Below are positions 8,907-17,890 of a DNA stretch of 62,896 nucleotides, piece after piece. Below the pieces are notes generated by a model that saw only the letters and a program-made list of their open reading frames with translations, searched no databases and was not told the origin of the DNA. The stretch is taken from the NCBI GenBank assembly GCA_948466315.1, contig CAOJZZ010000003.1, positions 1-62,896 of the forward strand. Reading direction: 5' to 3'. How positions within the stretch are numbered: the stretch's first letter is position 1; each line of letters opens with the position of its first letter. Source of the stretch: an uncultured Mycoplasmatota bacterium (lineage in GTDB: Bacteria; Bacillota_I; Bacilli_A; RF39; UBA660). Both the position numbers and the translations under genes were made by a program.

Positions 8907-10469
8907 TTATTTACTAAAAGAAATCTTTATATTTATAGTTTTATCTTCAAATATTTCAATTCTATCAATTAAATTGATTATTAACTCTCTACTAGGTTCT
9001 TTCATGGATAAAAATTTATTAATATACTCGTTAATCATTTTATTTTTAGATTCTTCATTAATGTTATCATTAATACTATTATTTAACTCACTATATCTTT
9101 TTTGTTTTATATTTAGTTCATTTTCTAATTTTACTCTTACTCTTTCAAATTGTTCTTCAGTTATTTTCTTATTTAACTTATCAATATAAATAATATCTAA
9201 ATTATCATTTATTTGCTTAATGTCGTTAGTTAGTCTTTCTAACTCTTTTTTATTATTTAATTTATTATCTTCAGTTAAATTATTTAATACATTATTTTTA
9301 ATTTTATCTTTATTAATATAATTTAAGCAGATATTAGTTAATGAATTGATTATAACTTTCTCTAATTCATCATAGTTATTAGAATGAGTTGTACAAAGTT
9401 TTTGTTTCATATAAGTCCTATAATAATTGCAAATTGTATAACATCTATTATCTTTTTTTCTTCTGGATTGTATGGATATTCGATGTCCACAATTACCACA
9501 ATATAATAACCCATCTAATAAATGAATCTCTTTTTTTTCATTTCGCCCCTTATTTTTAGGCATTCTTTTTTGAACTTCATAAAATATTCCTTTATCTATA
9601 ATTGCTTCATGAGTATTTTCTACAACTATATAATCATTGGGATTATTTTTAATCACTTTTTTCACTTTATAATTAACTTTACTTCTTCTATTTTGTACCA
9701 TATCACCAATATACATTCTATTAGTTAAAATATCTCTTATGGTTTTTGAATGCCACTCTCCATATTTTAAATTGTAGTTATTTTTCCATTCAAAGTTATA
9801 GTATTGTGCTGGGGTTTTTATTCCTTCATTTGTAAGTTGTTTGGCTATTTTAAAGAATGATAAACCTTCTAAACACATATCAAATATTCTTTTAACAACA
9901 ATTGCTTGTTCTGGATTTATTACTAAATGATTTTTATTATCTTTATCTTGATCATATCCAAACGGAGTTCTTCCTCCAACCCATTTTCCTTCTTTCATTT
10001 TTGCTTTTAAACTAGATTTTATTTTTTTAGATATATCTTTAGCATACATATCATTCATAATAGCTTTAAATGGTGCAATGTCATTATTAGAATTATCTAA
10101 AAATGTATCTATATTATCAGTAACAGCTATATATCTAACATTATGTTCTGGAAAATACTTTTCGATTAAATTACCAGTACCAATATAATCTCTTCCAAGT
10201 CTTGACATATCCTTAGTAATAACCATATTTATTTTACCTAATTCAATATCAGTTAATAATCTATTAAAATCAGGTCTTTCAAAATTTGTTCCACTATATC
10301 CATCATCAATATAAATATCATATACTCTTAAATTATTTTCTTTAACATATTGAAGTAATAAGCTCTTTTGATTTGTAATACTCTCACTTTCTAAAGTTTT
10401 ATCATCATCTTCCCTAGATAATCTTATATAAAGTCCAACATTATATATCTTATTTAAACTCTCTAACAA
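8907..10469 (-). CDS. Large serine recombinase (module A)
   Basis: YIRLSRED catalytic Ser motif, DDGYSGTNFERP, KDMSRLGR, recombinase domain, LLYCGNCG zinc ribbon, coiled coil. Confidence 0.97.
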   Translation of the reverse strand: MLESLNKIYNVGLYIRLSREDDDKTLESESITNQKSLLLQYVKENNLRVYDIYIDDGYSGTNFERPDFNRLLTDIELGKINMVITKDMSRLGRDYIGTGNLIEKYFPEHNVRYIAVTDNIDTFLDNSNNDIAPFKAIMNDMYAKDISKKIKSSLKAKMKEGKWVGGRTPFGYDQDKDNKNHLVINPEQAIVVKRIFDMCLEGLSFFKIAKQLTNEGIKTPAQYYNFEWKNNYNLKYGEWHSKTIRDILTNRMYIGDMVQNRRSKVNYKVKKVIKNNPNDYIVVENTHEAIIDKGIFYEVQKRMPKNKGRNEKKEIHLLDGLLYCGNCGHRISIQSRRKKDNRCYTICNYYRTYMKQKLCTTHSNNYDELEKVIINSLTNICLNYINKDKIKNNVLNNLTEDNKLNNKKELERLTNDIKQINDNLDIIYIDKLNKKITEEQFERVRVKLENELNIKQKRYSELNNSINDNINEESKNKMINEYINKFLSMKEPSRELIINLIDRIEIFEDKTINIKISFSK

Positions 10470-10639
10470 TTCTTACCTCCTTCTAGAGATAAATAAGCAC
10501 ATGATGATGGTACCTCAAATTTTTTATTCTTACAAATTATTTGGATATATTTTTTAAGTTCCTTACTTAAAACTTTTATAAAAATATCATTTATATCATT
10601 ATTTTCATTATAGATATAATTAATTCTGTAATTATCCAT
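10463..10639 (-). CDS. Small protein coupled to recombinase A (MDNYRINYIY...), candidate directionality factor
   Basis: RBS GAGGTG; overlaps the recombinase start; homologous ORF at 15943-16107. Confidence 0.7.
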   Translation of the reverse strand: MDNYRINYIYNENNDINDIFIKVLSKELKKYIQIICKNKKFEVPSSCAYLSLEGGKNC

Positions 10640-10673
10640 AAATTTTGTACACCTCATTTAAACTTATGGATAA
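10632..10673. repeat. 10-bp inverted repeat TTATCCATAA/TTATGGATAA spanning the RBS and start codon of the small ORF
   Basis: Arms at 10632-10641 and 10664-10673; same arms at 16100-16140. Confidence 0.8.
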
Positions 10674-11096
10674 ATCACTAGTTTTAGTAATACTAAATCG
10701 TATAATATTTAAATTACACACATATTTAGTATTACTTATAAGCATTCGCTCTCTTTCTAATTATCATAAACATCATCTCCTTTTTGCATGATGCATGATA
10801 CCTCCACTAAGAAATTGAGTCAAGTCATAAAGTATAGAAAGTTTTATCTATCATCCTAAAAATATTCATAATTTAATAAATTATAAAACAGCAGGATAAG
10901 AAAATTGTGTATCAATACATAGTTTTCCTTTTAAAATAAAGAAAACTATATACACAATTCTTATTTCGTACTTACAAAATTCATCCTACTATGTAGGATG
11001 GTATTAAGGAAATACCCTTATTTTATAATAATTTATGCCATAAAAAAACATCCTAAAATTCTTAAATTAATAAAATTTATAGGATGATTAAATTTT

Positions 11097-12005
11097 TTAC
11101 TTAATATTTTTAACACTATCAAATGATGATATATAATCACTTACCCAATTATCAACAACAGACTCATCAATATGCAAATTACCTTGTCCAGTACCTAAGT
11201 TATGATTTATTTTTCTAGTTCCATGAAAATCACTACCTCCACTCATATACAGTTTTCTATCGTTACAAACACTTACTAAATAATCAGATTGTTCTTTTGT
11301 AAAAGTTGTATAAAAACACTCCAATCCATCTAATTCATAATTATTTATTATATTTAATAACTCATTTGCTATATTAGGAGAATAAGCAAAAGTATGTGCT
11401 AAAAAGGCAAGTCCTCCTGAATTATGTATCATTTGTATTGCTGTTTCTAAGCTAGGAAACAATGATGATTCATCAACATATAATGGACTTTTAGGATTAT
11501 ATACTTCATTCCTAGTAAATCCACTAGCTGTATTTATCGATTCTTGATTTAAGAAAAATTTATAATTTTCAGGATGTTTTTTTATTTCAATAGCAAATGC
11601 TGGTCTACAAGATTCAACTTTTGGATCAAATTTAATATTATTTTCATCAAATATTACTCCTATGGCATTATACCTATTTTTTATTAGATCATATTCTTTT
11701 ATTTGTTTTTGTTCAAATGAAAGTACATTAGCATCTAAAAATTTCTGCATAGTTTCTAAATCAAAACCATAACCTAATACCTCTATTGTTTCTCCCTTGT
11801 AAGTTGTAGTTATTTCAATTCCTGATATTATTTCTCCTTTAAACCTATATCTTATATTAGAATTTTGTAATTCAAAATGAGCTTGTATTGTATTATGATC
11901 AGTTATTGAAAGCAAACTCAAATTTAATTTTTGTGCTTCACTTAAAAGTTCATCTACACTAGAACTTCCATCAGAATATGTAGTATGTGAATGAATATCT
12001 ACCAT
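11097..12005 (-). CDS. PHP-domain phosphoesterase
   Basis: DIHSHTTYSDG, TDHN, GIEI, LAH, GGSDFHG metal-binding motifs. Confidence 0.92.
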   Translation of the reverse strand: MVDIHSHTTYSDGSSSVDELLSEAQKLNLSLLSITDHNTIQAHFELQNSNIRYRFKGEIISGIEITTTYKGETIEVLGYGFDLETMQKFLDANVLSFEQKQIKEYDLIKNRYNAIGVIFDENNIKFDPKVESCRPAFAIEIKKHPENYKFFLNQESINTASGFTRNEVYNPKSPLYVDESSLFPSLETAIQMIHNSGGLAFLAHTFAYSPNIANELLNIINNYELDGLECFYTTFTKEQSDYLVSVCNDRKLYMSGGSDFHGTRKINHNLGTGQGNLHIDESVVDNWVSDYISSFDSVKNIK

Positions 12006-12032
12006 GTATAAAACCTCCTTAAAATTAATATC

Positions 12033-12776
12033 TTATTGTATTTCAAAATTTAATAATTCCTCACAAATCTTTTCATATAAGTCTTGTTCATGTTTAATAG
12101 TATCAATTAAAAACATTTTATCATTTTCATATTCTTTTAAACCTCTCATATAATAAGGTTTATCATCATCTAATACAATAAATGGCATAATATTATTTCT
12201 TAAGCATTCTTTAAACATAATAATTCTTCCAACCCTGCCATTTCCATCTCCAAAGGGATGAATTTTCTCAAATTTATAATGAAAATCAATAATATCTTCT
12301 AAAGTAATATTAGTTTTTGCATTATATTCAAAAACTAATTTATCAATTTCTTTTTCTACATCTTCTGGTGCAGTTGTATTAATAACATTAACAAGACCTA
12401 TCATATTAGGAACTATTTTAAATCCTCCAACATTATATCTAGGATTTTCTTCATCACTAGTATTTCTTTTTAATATCTTATTCATTTTGATAATCATTTC
12501 TTTAGATAACTTATTATCAACATTATCTAACATATAATCAAATAATTTAAAATGATTCTTAGATTCAGTTAAATCATCTAATTTTATCAAATCATCACTC
12601 TTAGGAATAAAAGATGAAGTATCAAATATGGCTTCAGTCTGATCACTGGTTAACCTGCTACCTTCTATCTTATTTGAATTATAGGAAAAATTAACTTGTG
12701 AATAATGATATATATTTCCTTTAAACTTTGATTCTTTTTGGCTAATTAATTCTCCTTTTATTTTAGTTATATTCAT
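12033..12776 (-). CDS. Fic-domain protein
   Basis: HPFGDGNGRVGR active-site motif; N-terminal SNKIEG inhibitory motif (class II Fic). Confidence 0.93.
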   Translation of the reverse strand: MNITKIKGELISQKESKFKGNIYHYSQVNFSYNSNKIEGSRLTSDQTEAIFDTSSFIPKSDDLIKLDDLTESKNHFKLFDYMLDNVDNKLSKEMIIKMNKILKRNTSDEENPRYNVGGFKIVPNMIGLVNVINTTAPEDVEKEIDKLVFEYNAKTNITLEDIIDFHYKFEKIHPFGDGNGRVGRIIMFKECLRNNIMPFIVLDDDKPYYMRGLKEYENDKMFLIDTIKHEQDLYEKICEELLNFEIQ

Positions 12777-12801
12777 TAATCTTACATCCTTTCATTATTT
12801 A

Positions 12802-13626
12802 CTAATCATTATTTATATTTTTCATATACTCATATACCATATTTTTATAATCCAAAATAAATTTATTTTTTATTCTTTCTTCAACACAATCTAAATCTAA
12901 ATAGGGAGCTATATCTTCAATCTCTGTCAAAAGAAGTGTTCCATCCTTAAGTTTAATAAAGTCAATTCTTTGAATACCATAATAATTTTCATTTAATTTA
13001 GAAAATTCATCTGCTAATTTCATTTCATTTTCATTTGGTTCATATTTTATTGCATCGGGATAAATTGGAACTTTACTTGGAATAAACTCTAGTGCATATT
13101 CGAATTTATCTTTTATATAATAAAATTGTACCTCAGATTGAAATTCCATATATGGTTGAATTACATATGAATCAGTAAAGTTTTTTTCTAATTGTTGTTT
13201 GTCTACTACCATTTGTCCTATTCCATCATAACTATCTTTAAGCTTTAATAAAATTTTATTACATTTATCTAGTATTTGTAAATCTTCAATATTATCGACA
13301 GTTGGAATGACGGGATAGCCATTTTTATATAAACGAACAAGATATTCTTTGCTCTTTCCATCATATTTACCATCAAAATTAATACGTGGGAGATTTTTAT
13401 TAATGATTCTTAGTCGAAAATTAGATTTCTCTTTAATGGTTTCTATATTCGCATCAGTATCCCAAGTATTCCTTAACAAAAAAACATCAAATAAAGATTC
13501 AAGTTTTTCATCATAATTCTTATCAACTATCGCTACCTTATGACCATCTTTTTGAAAAGCTCTAGCAAGCCATATATCTTCTAATTTTTCATCTGCATCT
13601 ATATTACTAATCATTAAAATATTCAT
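12802..13626 (-). CDS. ATP-grasp fold (RimK/glutathione synthase-like) protein
   Basis: KEYLVRL..GYPVIPT, LKLKDSYDGIG, YVIQPYM, RIDFI, LLTEIEDIAPYL. Start refined to ATG 13626. Confidence 0.7.
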   Translation of the reverse strand: MNILMISNIDADEKLEDIWLARAFQKDGHKVAIVDKNYDEKLESLFDVFLLRNTWDTDANIETIKEKSNFRLRIINKNLPRINFDGKYDGKSKEYLVRLYKNGYPVIPTVDNIEDLQILDKCNKILLKLKDSYDGIGQMVVDKQQLEKNFTDSYVIQPYMEFQSEVQFYYIKDKFEYALEFIPSKVPIYPDAIKYEPNENEMKLADEFSKLNENYYGIQRIDFIKLKDGTLLLTEIEDIAPYLDLDCVEERIKNKFILDYKNMVYEYMKNINND

Positions 13627-13709
13627 AAGTATCACCTTCTATTTCATTATATCACACAAAAAGACATTTAAATGCCTTTAAATTTGTACTTATTCTCTCT
13701 TTAAAACTT

Positions 13710-13757
13710 AGTCTGTCATAAATTATCACACTTGTCCTTGCCCTTTTTTGATAGACT
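13710..13757 (-). repeat. Internal attP-like junction between modules A and B (AGTCTATCAAAAAAGGGCAAGGA-CA-AGTGTGATAATTTATGACAGACT)
   Basis: 48 bp with 23-bp arms around CA at 13733-13734; 4 mismatches to the attP reconstructed from the outer ends. Confidence 0.85.
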
Positions 13758-14077
13758 AAATTTCTATTATTCCATTTACTATATCAATAATTTCTTCTAA
13801 TTCATCTTCACATAGTTTTTCAACAAACGATAATTTTCTTACTTTAAAATCTACACTTCTAACATATTCACATAAAAATGAACCTTTTATTTTTTTAGTA
13901 TTTAAAAATTAAGAATTTTTTTGTATTTGTAGTTATAGGACATATTACAACTAGTCCTGTGTATTTGTTATAATTATCTTTACTAATAACTACTGCTGGT
14001 CTTAGTCCTGTTTGTTCATAACCAATTGTTGGTGCAAAATTCATATAACAAATATCTTATTGTTTTGGTAGATACAT
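13756..14077 (-). pseudogene. mazF: MazF/PemK toxin pseudogene
   Basis: MYLPKQ*DICYMNFAPTIGYEQTGLRPAVVIS...VVICPITT, then a frame break before GSFLCEYVRSVDFKVRK; premature TAA at codon 7. Confidence 0.88.
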
Positions 14078-14336
14078 TAATAAAACTTTTCCTTTCCTAA
14101 GTCTTCTCCCCAATCAAAAGCCTCAATACTACCTTTTTCTTCATCAGGTAATTTATTAAATTCTTCAAATCTTTCTTCTAATGTTTTATGTTTTATAGTT
14201 TGTTTTGATATTATAATTTTATCATTCTCTTGTATTAAATCTACTTTATCATTTGTCTTTAAATTAAGCGATTTTAAAATGCTACTTGGATTCTAATTCC
14301 ATCAGAATTTCCCCATTTTTGAAGTCTTGCTTCCAC
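14077..14336 (-). pseudogene. mazE: AbrB/MazE antitoxin pseudogene
   Basis: MEARLQKWGNSDGIRI followed by a 1-nt deletion; the shifted frame continues SSILKSLNLKTNDKV...FDWGEDLGKE; its stop overlaps the mazF ATG. Confidence 0.85.
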
Positions 14337-14402
14337 AATATCATATCAATTCATTCATAGTATATACAAAGTTTATACATTCGCCCTATTATTATATCCA
14401 AC

Positions 14403-15956
14403 TTAACCAAAACTTACTTTAATATTAACAGTTTTATCTTCAAATATTTCTATTCTATCAATTAAGTTAATTATTAATTCTCTACTAGGTTCTTTCATAG
14501 ACAAGAATTTATCAATATACTCTATTATAATTTTATTTTTTGATTGCTCACTTATAGTATCATTAATGTTATTATTTAACTCATTATATCTTTTTTGTTT
14601 TATGCTTAGTTCCCGCTCTAATTTTAATTTCACTCTCTCAAATTGGTCTTCGGTTATCCTTTTATTTAATTTATCAATGTAAATAGCATCTAAATTATCA
14701 CTTATTTGTTTAATATCAGTAATTAATATTTCTAACTCTTTTTTATCATTAACCTTATTAACTTCATCTAAATTATTTAATACATTATTTTCGATTTTAT
14801 CTTTATCAATATATTTAAGGCACATCTCAACTAAAGAATTAATTATAGATTTCTCTAACTTATCATAATTATTAGAATGAGTACTACACTTTTTTTCTTT
14901 CATATAAGTTCTATAATAATTACAAATTGTATAGCACCTATTATCTTTTTTCCTTCTCGCAAGAACAGATATTCTATGTCCACAGTCACCACAATATAAC
15001 AGTCCATCTAATAAATGATTCTCTTTTTTAGTACTTCTTCCTACATTTTTAGGTATTCGCTTCTGTACTTGATAAAATGTATCTTTATCAATAATAGCCT
15101 CATGTGTATTTGAAACTATTATATAATCACTTTCTTTATTTTTAACAACTTTTTTTACCTTATAATTTACTTTACTCCTCTTATTTTGAACCATATCTCC
15201 TATATATATTCTATTAGTTAAAATATCTCTTATCGTTTTAGCATTCCATTCTCCATATTTTAAATTATATTTTTTCTTCCATAAAAAACTATAATATTGA
15301 GCTGGTGTTTTAACACCTTCATTAGTTAGAATTCTTGCTATTTTAAAAAATGACAAACCCTTCAAACACATATCAAATATTCTTTTAACAACAATAGCTT
15401 GATTCTTATTTATAACTAAATAATTCTTATCATTCTTATCTTGTCTATATCCAAACGGTGCTCTACCCCCTACCCATTTTCCACACTTTTGTTTTGCTCT
15501 CAAACTAGATTTAATCTTTTTTGATATATCCTTAGCATACATATCATTCATTATTGCCTTAAAAGGTGCTATATCGTTATTAGAACTATCCAAAAACGTA
15601 TCAATATTATCAGTAACCGCTATATATCTAACATTATTCTCTGGAAAATACCTTTCAATTAAATTACCTGTGCCAATATAATCTCTACCAAGCCTAGACA
15701 TATCTTTAGTAATAACCATATTAACTCTACCTAATTCTATATCTTTTAATAGTTTATTAAAACCAGGTCTATCAAAATTAGTTCCTGAATAGCCATCATC
15801 TATATAAATATCATAAACATCTAAATTATTCTCTTTTACATACTGTAGTAATAAACTCTTCTGATTAATAATACTCTCACTCATAGACCCTTTATCATCA
15901 TCCTCACGAGATAATCTTATATAAACACCAACACTATATTTTTTATTTAAAAACAC
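14403..15956 (-). CDS. Large serine recombinase (module B), close paralogue of 8907-10469
   Basis: YIRLSRED, DDGYSGTNFDRP, LLYCGDCG; long identical stretches shared with recombinase A. Confidence 0.97.
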   Translation of the reverse strand: MFLNKKYSVGVYIRLSREDDDKGSMSESIINQKSLLLQYVKENNLDVYDIYIDDGYSGTNFDRPGFNKLLKDIELGRVNMVITKDMSRLGRDYIGTGNLIERYFPENNVRYIAVTDNIDTFLDSSNNDIAPFKAIMNDMYAKDISKKIKSSLRAKQKCGKWVGGRAPFGYRQDKNDKNYLVINKNQAIVVKRIFDMCLKGLSFFKIARILTNEGVKTPAQYYSFLWKKKYNLKYGEWNAKTIRDILTNRIYIGDMVQNKRSKVNYKVKKVVKNKESDYIIVSNTHEAIIDKDTFYQVQKRIPKNVGRSTKKENHLLDGLLYCGDCGHRISVLARRKKDNRCYTICNYYRTYMKEKKCSTHSNNYDKLEKSIINSLVEMCLKYIDKDKIENNVLNNLDEVNKVNDKKELEILITDIKQISDNLDAIYIDKLNKRITEDQFERVKLKLERELSIKQKRYNELNNNINDTISEQSKNKIIIEYIDKFLSMKEPSRELIINLIDRIEIFEDKTVNIKVSFG

Positions 15957-16107
15957 GTTTATCTCCTTCTAAAGATAACAAAAATCTATTCTTTTCCTTA
16001 CTAATCATATCAATATATACACTAATTTCTTTTTTTAAAACCTTAATAAAAATATCATTTATATCCTCCTTACCATTAAATATATAAGTAATTTTATAAT
16101 TATCCAT
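15943..16107 (-). CDS. 54-aa protein coupled to recombinase B (MDNYKITYIFNGKEDINDIFIKVLKKEI...), candidate directionality factor
   Basis: Manual translation; AGGAG RBS; homologous to 10463-10639; absent from the ORF track. Confidence 0.7.
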   Translation of the reverse strand: MDNYKITYIFNGKEDINDIFIKVLKKEISVYIDMISKEKNRFLLSLEGDKRVFK

Positions 16108-16140
16108 AAATTCAAACTCCTTATTTAACTTTATGGATAA
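16100..16140. repeat. Inverted repeat TTATCCATAAA/TTTATGGATAA over the RBS and start codon of small ORF B
   Basis: 11-bp arms; the loop sequence differs from the module A copy. Confidence 0.8.
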
Positions 16141-16230
16141 AATCCCAGTTTTATAATTTAAATTACTAAAAAATAATAAATATTTATATTAATCATTCTC
16201 ATATAATTCACATACTCATTAAAAATAATA

Positions 16231-16752
16231 CTACTTCCTAGTATGTCCTATTTTACCCTCTAAAAGATAATTATCCAAACTAAAGTTATCATCTACTCTT
16301 CCAAATGAATTTAAATAATTCTTAAAAGAATCATTATTAACTTCTACTACACCACTAGTAAGTAAATTAGATAAAAGATTCCTATCTATTTTATCCCCAG
16401 GCCATTCCACTAATTTTACAAGATTACTATTATCTTTCCTCACAAACTGGGAAAAACTCGGATTAATTAATAATCTCTTCATATTAGAATTAGTCATATA
16501 CTCAGCTATCAAAATAGTATGATCAACATACACTAAATCATTCAAATCTATTTTATAAGTATGAACCCCAGAAATATCTTGAACTATTCTATATTCTATT
16601 TGATTAGCCAAATATTTACAAAAGCCATCAAATTCCAAAACCTTATCAGCTAACTTTTCCCTCTCATCAAAAACTATTGCTTTTATATCTGCTTCTTTGT
16701 CCTTGCCTTCAATATTTAATATAGAATTATAAAAATCATATAAACTATTCAT
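16231..16752 (-). CDS. Hypothetical protein with a possible Cys-His-Asn/Asp (papain/transglutaminase-like) arrangement
   Basis: GFCKY ... DHTILI ... LINPSFSQF spacing. Confidence 0.4.
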   Translation of the reverse strand: MNSLYDFYNSILNIEGKDKEADIKAIVFDEREKLADKVLEFDGFCKYLANQIEYRIVQDISGVHTYKIDLNDLVYVDHTILIAEYMTNSNMKRLLINPSFSQFVRKDNSNLVKLVEWPGDKIDRNLLSNLLTSGVVEVNNDSFKNYLNSFGRVDDNFSLDNYLLEGKIGHTRK

Positions 16753-16880
16753 ATAATCACCATAATTATTATATCTTAAAAATACATTTTTTATCTATAT
16801 ATAAAATTTATTCTTATTTATCTTAATTTAGTTTACAAATAATTATCGTTTAACTAATTATTATAATTACTAAAAACCAC

Positions 16881-16909
16881 TTGAATTAATAAAAAAATAA
16901 AGTTATAAT
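16881..16909 (+). promoter_or_regulatory. sigA-type promoter of gmk
   Basis: TTGAAT-17-TATAAT, 22 bp upstream of the ATG; AAGGAG RBS. Confidence 0.65.
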
Positions 16910-16931
16910 TATCAACACAAAGGAGAATATT

Positions 16932-17624
16932 ATGGGAAATATTAAACAAAAAACTAGAGGAGACTTAATTATCATTTCAGGTACCACTTGTGCAGGTAAA
17001 GGTACCATCATTAGAAAACTTTTAAAAAAACATAATAATATTAAATTATCAATCTCTTATACTTCAAGGGCTATGCGTGAAGGAGATATTGATGGAGTAG
17101 ATTATTATTTTATTTCCAGAGAAGAGTTTGAAGAAAAAATCAAAAATAAAGATTTTTTAGAATATGCTACTGTACATGGTGAATATTATGGTACACCAAA
17201 AAAAGAAATTGAAAACATATTAGAAACTGGTACTGATGTCATACTAGAAATCGAAGTACAAGGGGCTAAACAAATCAAGGAAATGTTTCCTGAAACAATT
17301 TTAATCTTTATATTGGCACCTTCATTTGAAGAAGTAAAAAGAAGAATAAAAGCTCGTGGTGTAGAAAACAACGAACAAATAATCAAAAGATTTAAATCAG
17401 CCTATCAAGAAATAAATGAAATACCAAAGTATAACTATGTAGTCGTTAATGATGAAATTGATAATGCTTTATTAAAAATCGAATCTATTCTAATAGCTCA
17501 AAAATGCCGAGTAGACAGAATTGAGGAGATTGCTGTTGAAAATGAAGAAGAACTATTACATGAGTTTATTATGGATAAAGAATTTGATAATACTCCGATA
17601 AATTATAATAAGGATACCAATTAG
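16932..17624 (+). CDS. gmk: Guanylate kinase
   Basis: SGTTCAGKGT P-loop variant, SISYTSRAMREGDIDGVDYYF, YYGTP, ILEIEVQGA, YNYVVVND. Confidence 0.95.
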   Translation: MGNIKQKTRGDLIIISGTTCAGKGTIIRKLLKKHNNIKLSISYTSRAMREGDIDGVDYYFISREEFEEKIKNKDFLEYATVHGEYYGTPKKEIENILETGTDVILEIEVQGAKQIKEMFPETILIFILAPSFEEVKRRIKARGVENNEQIIKRFKSAYQEINEIPKYNYVVVNDEIDNALLKIESILIAQKCRVDRIEEIAVENEEELLHEFIMDKEFDNTPINYNKDTN

Positions 17625-17842
17625 TACCCTTATTTTTATTAGTCAAGTATGTCCTAAATCTATATAAATGATAGCCTATCATAATTTTAAGACTCATCAT
17701 TTTTTTAATATTATTCATTAATTTCAAAACTTAATAGTTTTTTACAAGTTAATTCAAACCAATCATGTTCATTCTTTATAATTTAAAAAATCTAATACTT
17801 CTTATCAAAATGACTTTAGTTTGATTTTCTCTTTCTATATTT

Positions 17843-17890
17843 AGTCTATCATAAATTATCACACTTGTGGAACTTCATGTACGAAAGTTC
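17843..17890 (-). repeat. attL-like junction (cotD 5' arm, core CA at 17866-17867, element arm AGTGTGATAATTTATGATAGACT)
   Basis: The arm matches 13710-13732 with 1 mismatch and ends in TGATAGACT, the inverse of AGTCTATCA at the other end. Confidence 0.85.

Larger units (their letters stand above)
8880..17867 (-). mobile_element. cotD-interrupting composite integrative element (~8,986 bp; two tandem serine-recombinase modules, no phage structural genes)
   Basis: Flanked by the two halves of one gene; the reconstructed attP is a 48-bp imperfect palindrome around CA; two large serine recombinases. Confidence 0.9.

Noticed and set aside
10732-10767. Mini-ORF MIIRKRANAYK with an AGGAG RBS
   Set aside because: 11 aa with no counterpart in module B; most likely a remnant.
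10632-16140. TTATCCATA motifs as a replication origin
   Set aside because: Only two imperfect boxes per site, no dnaA/dnaN context, and one arm is coding.
8880-17867. Element as a prophage or conjugative ICE
   Set aside because: No capsid, terminase, tail, lysis, relaxase or T4SS genes.
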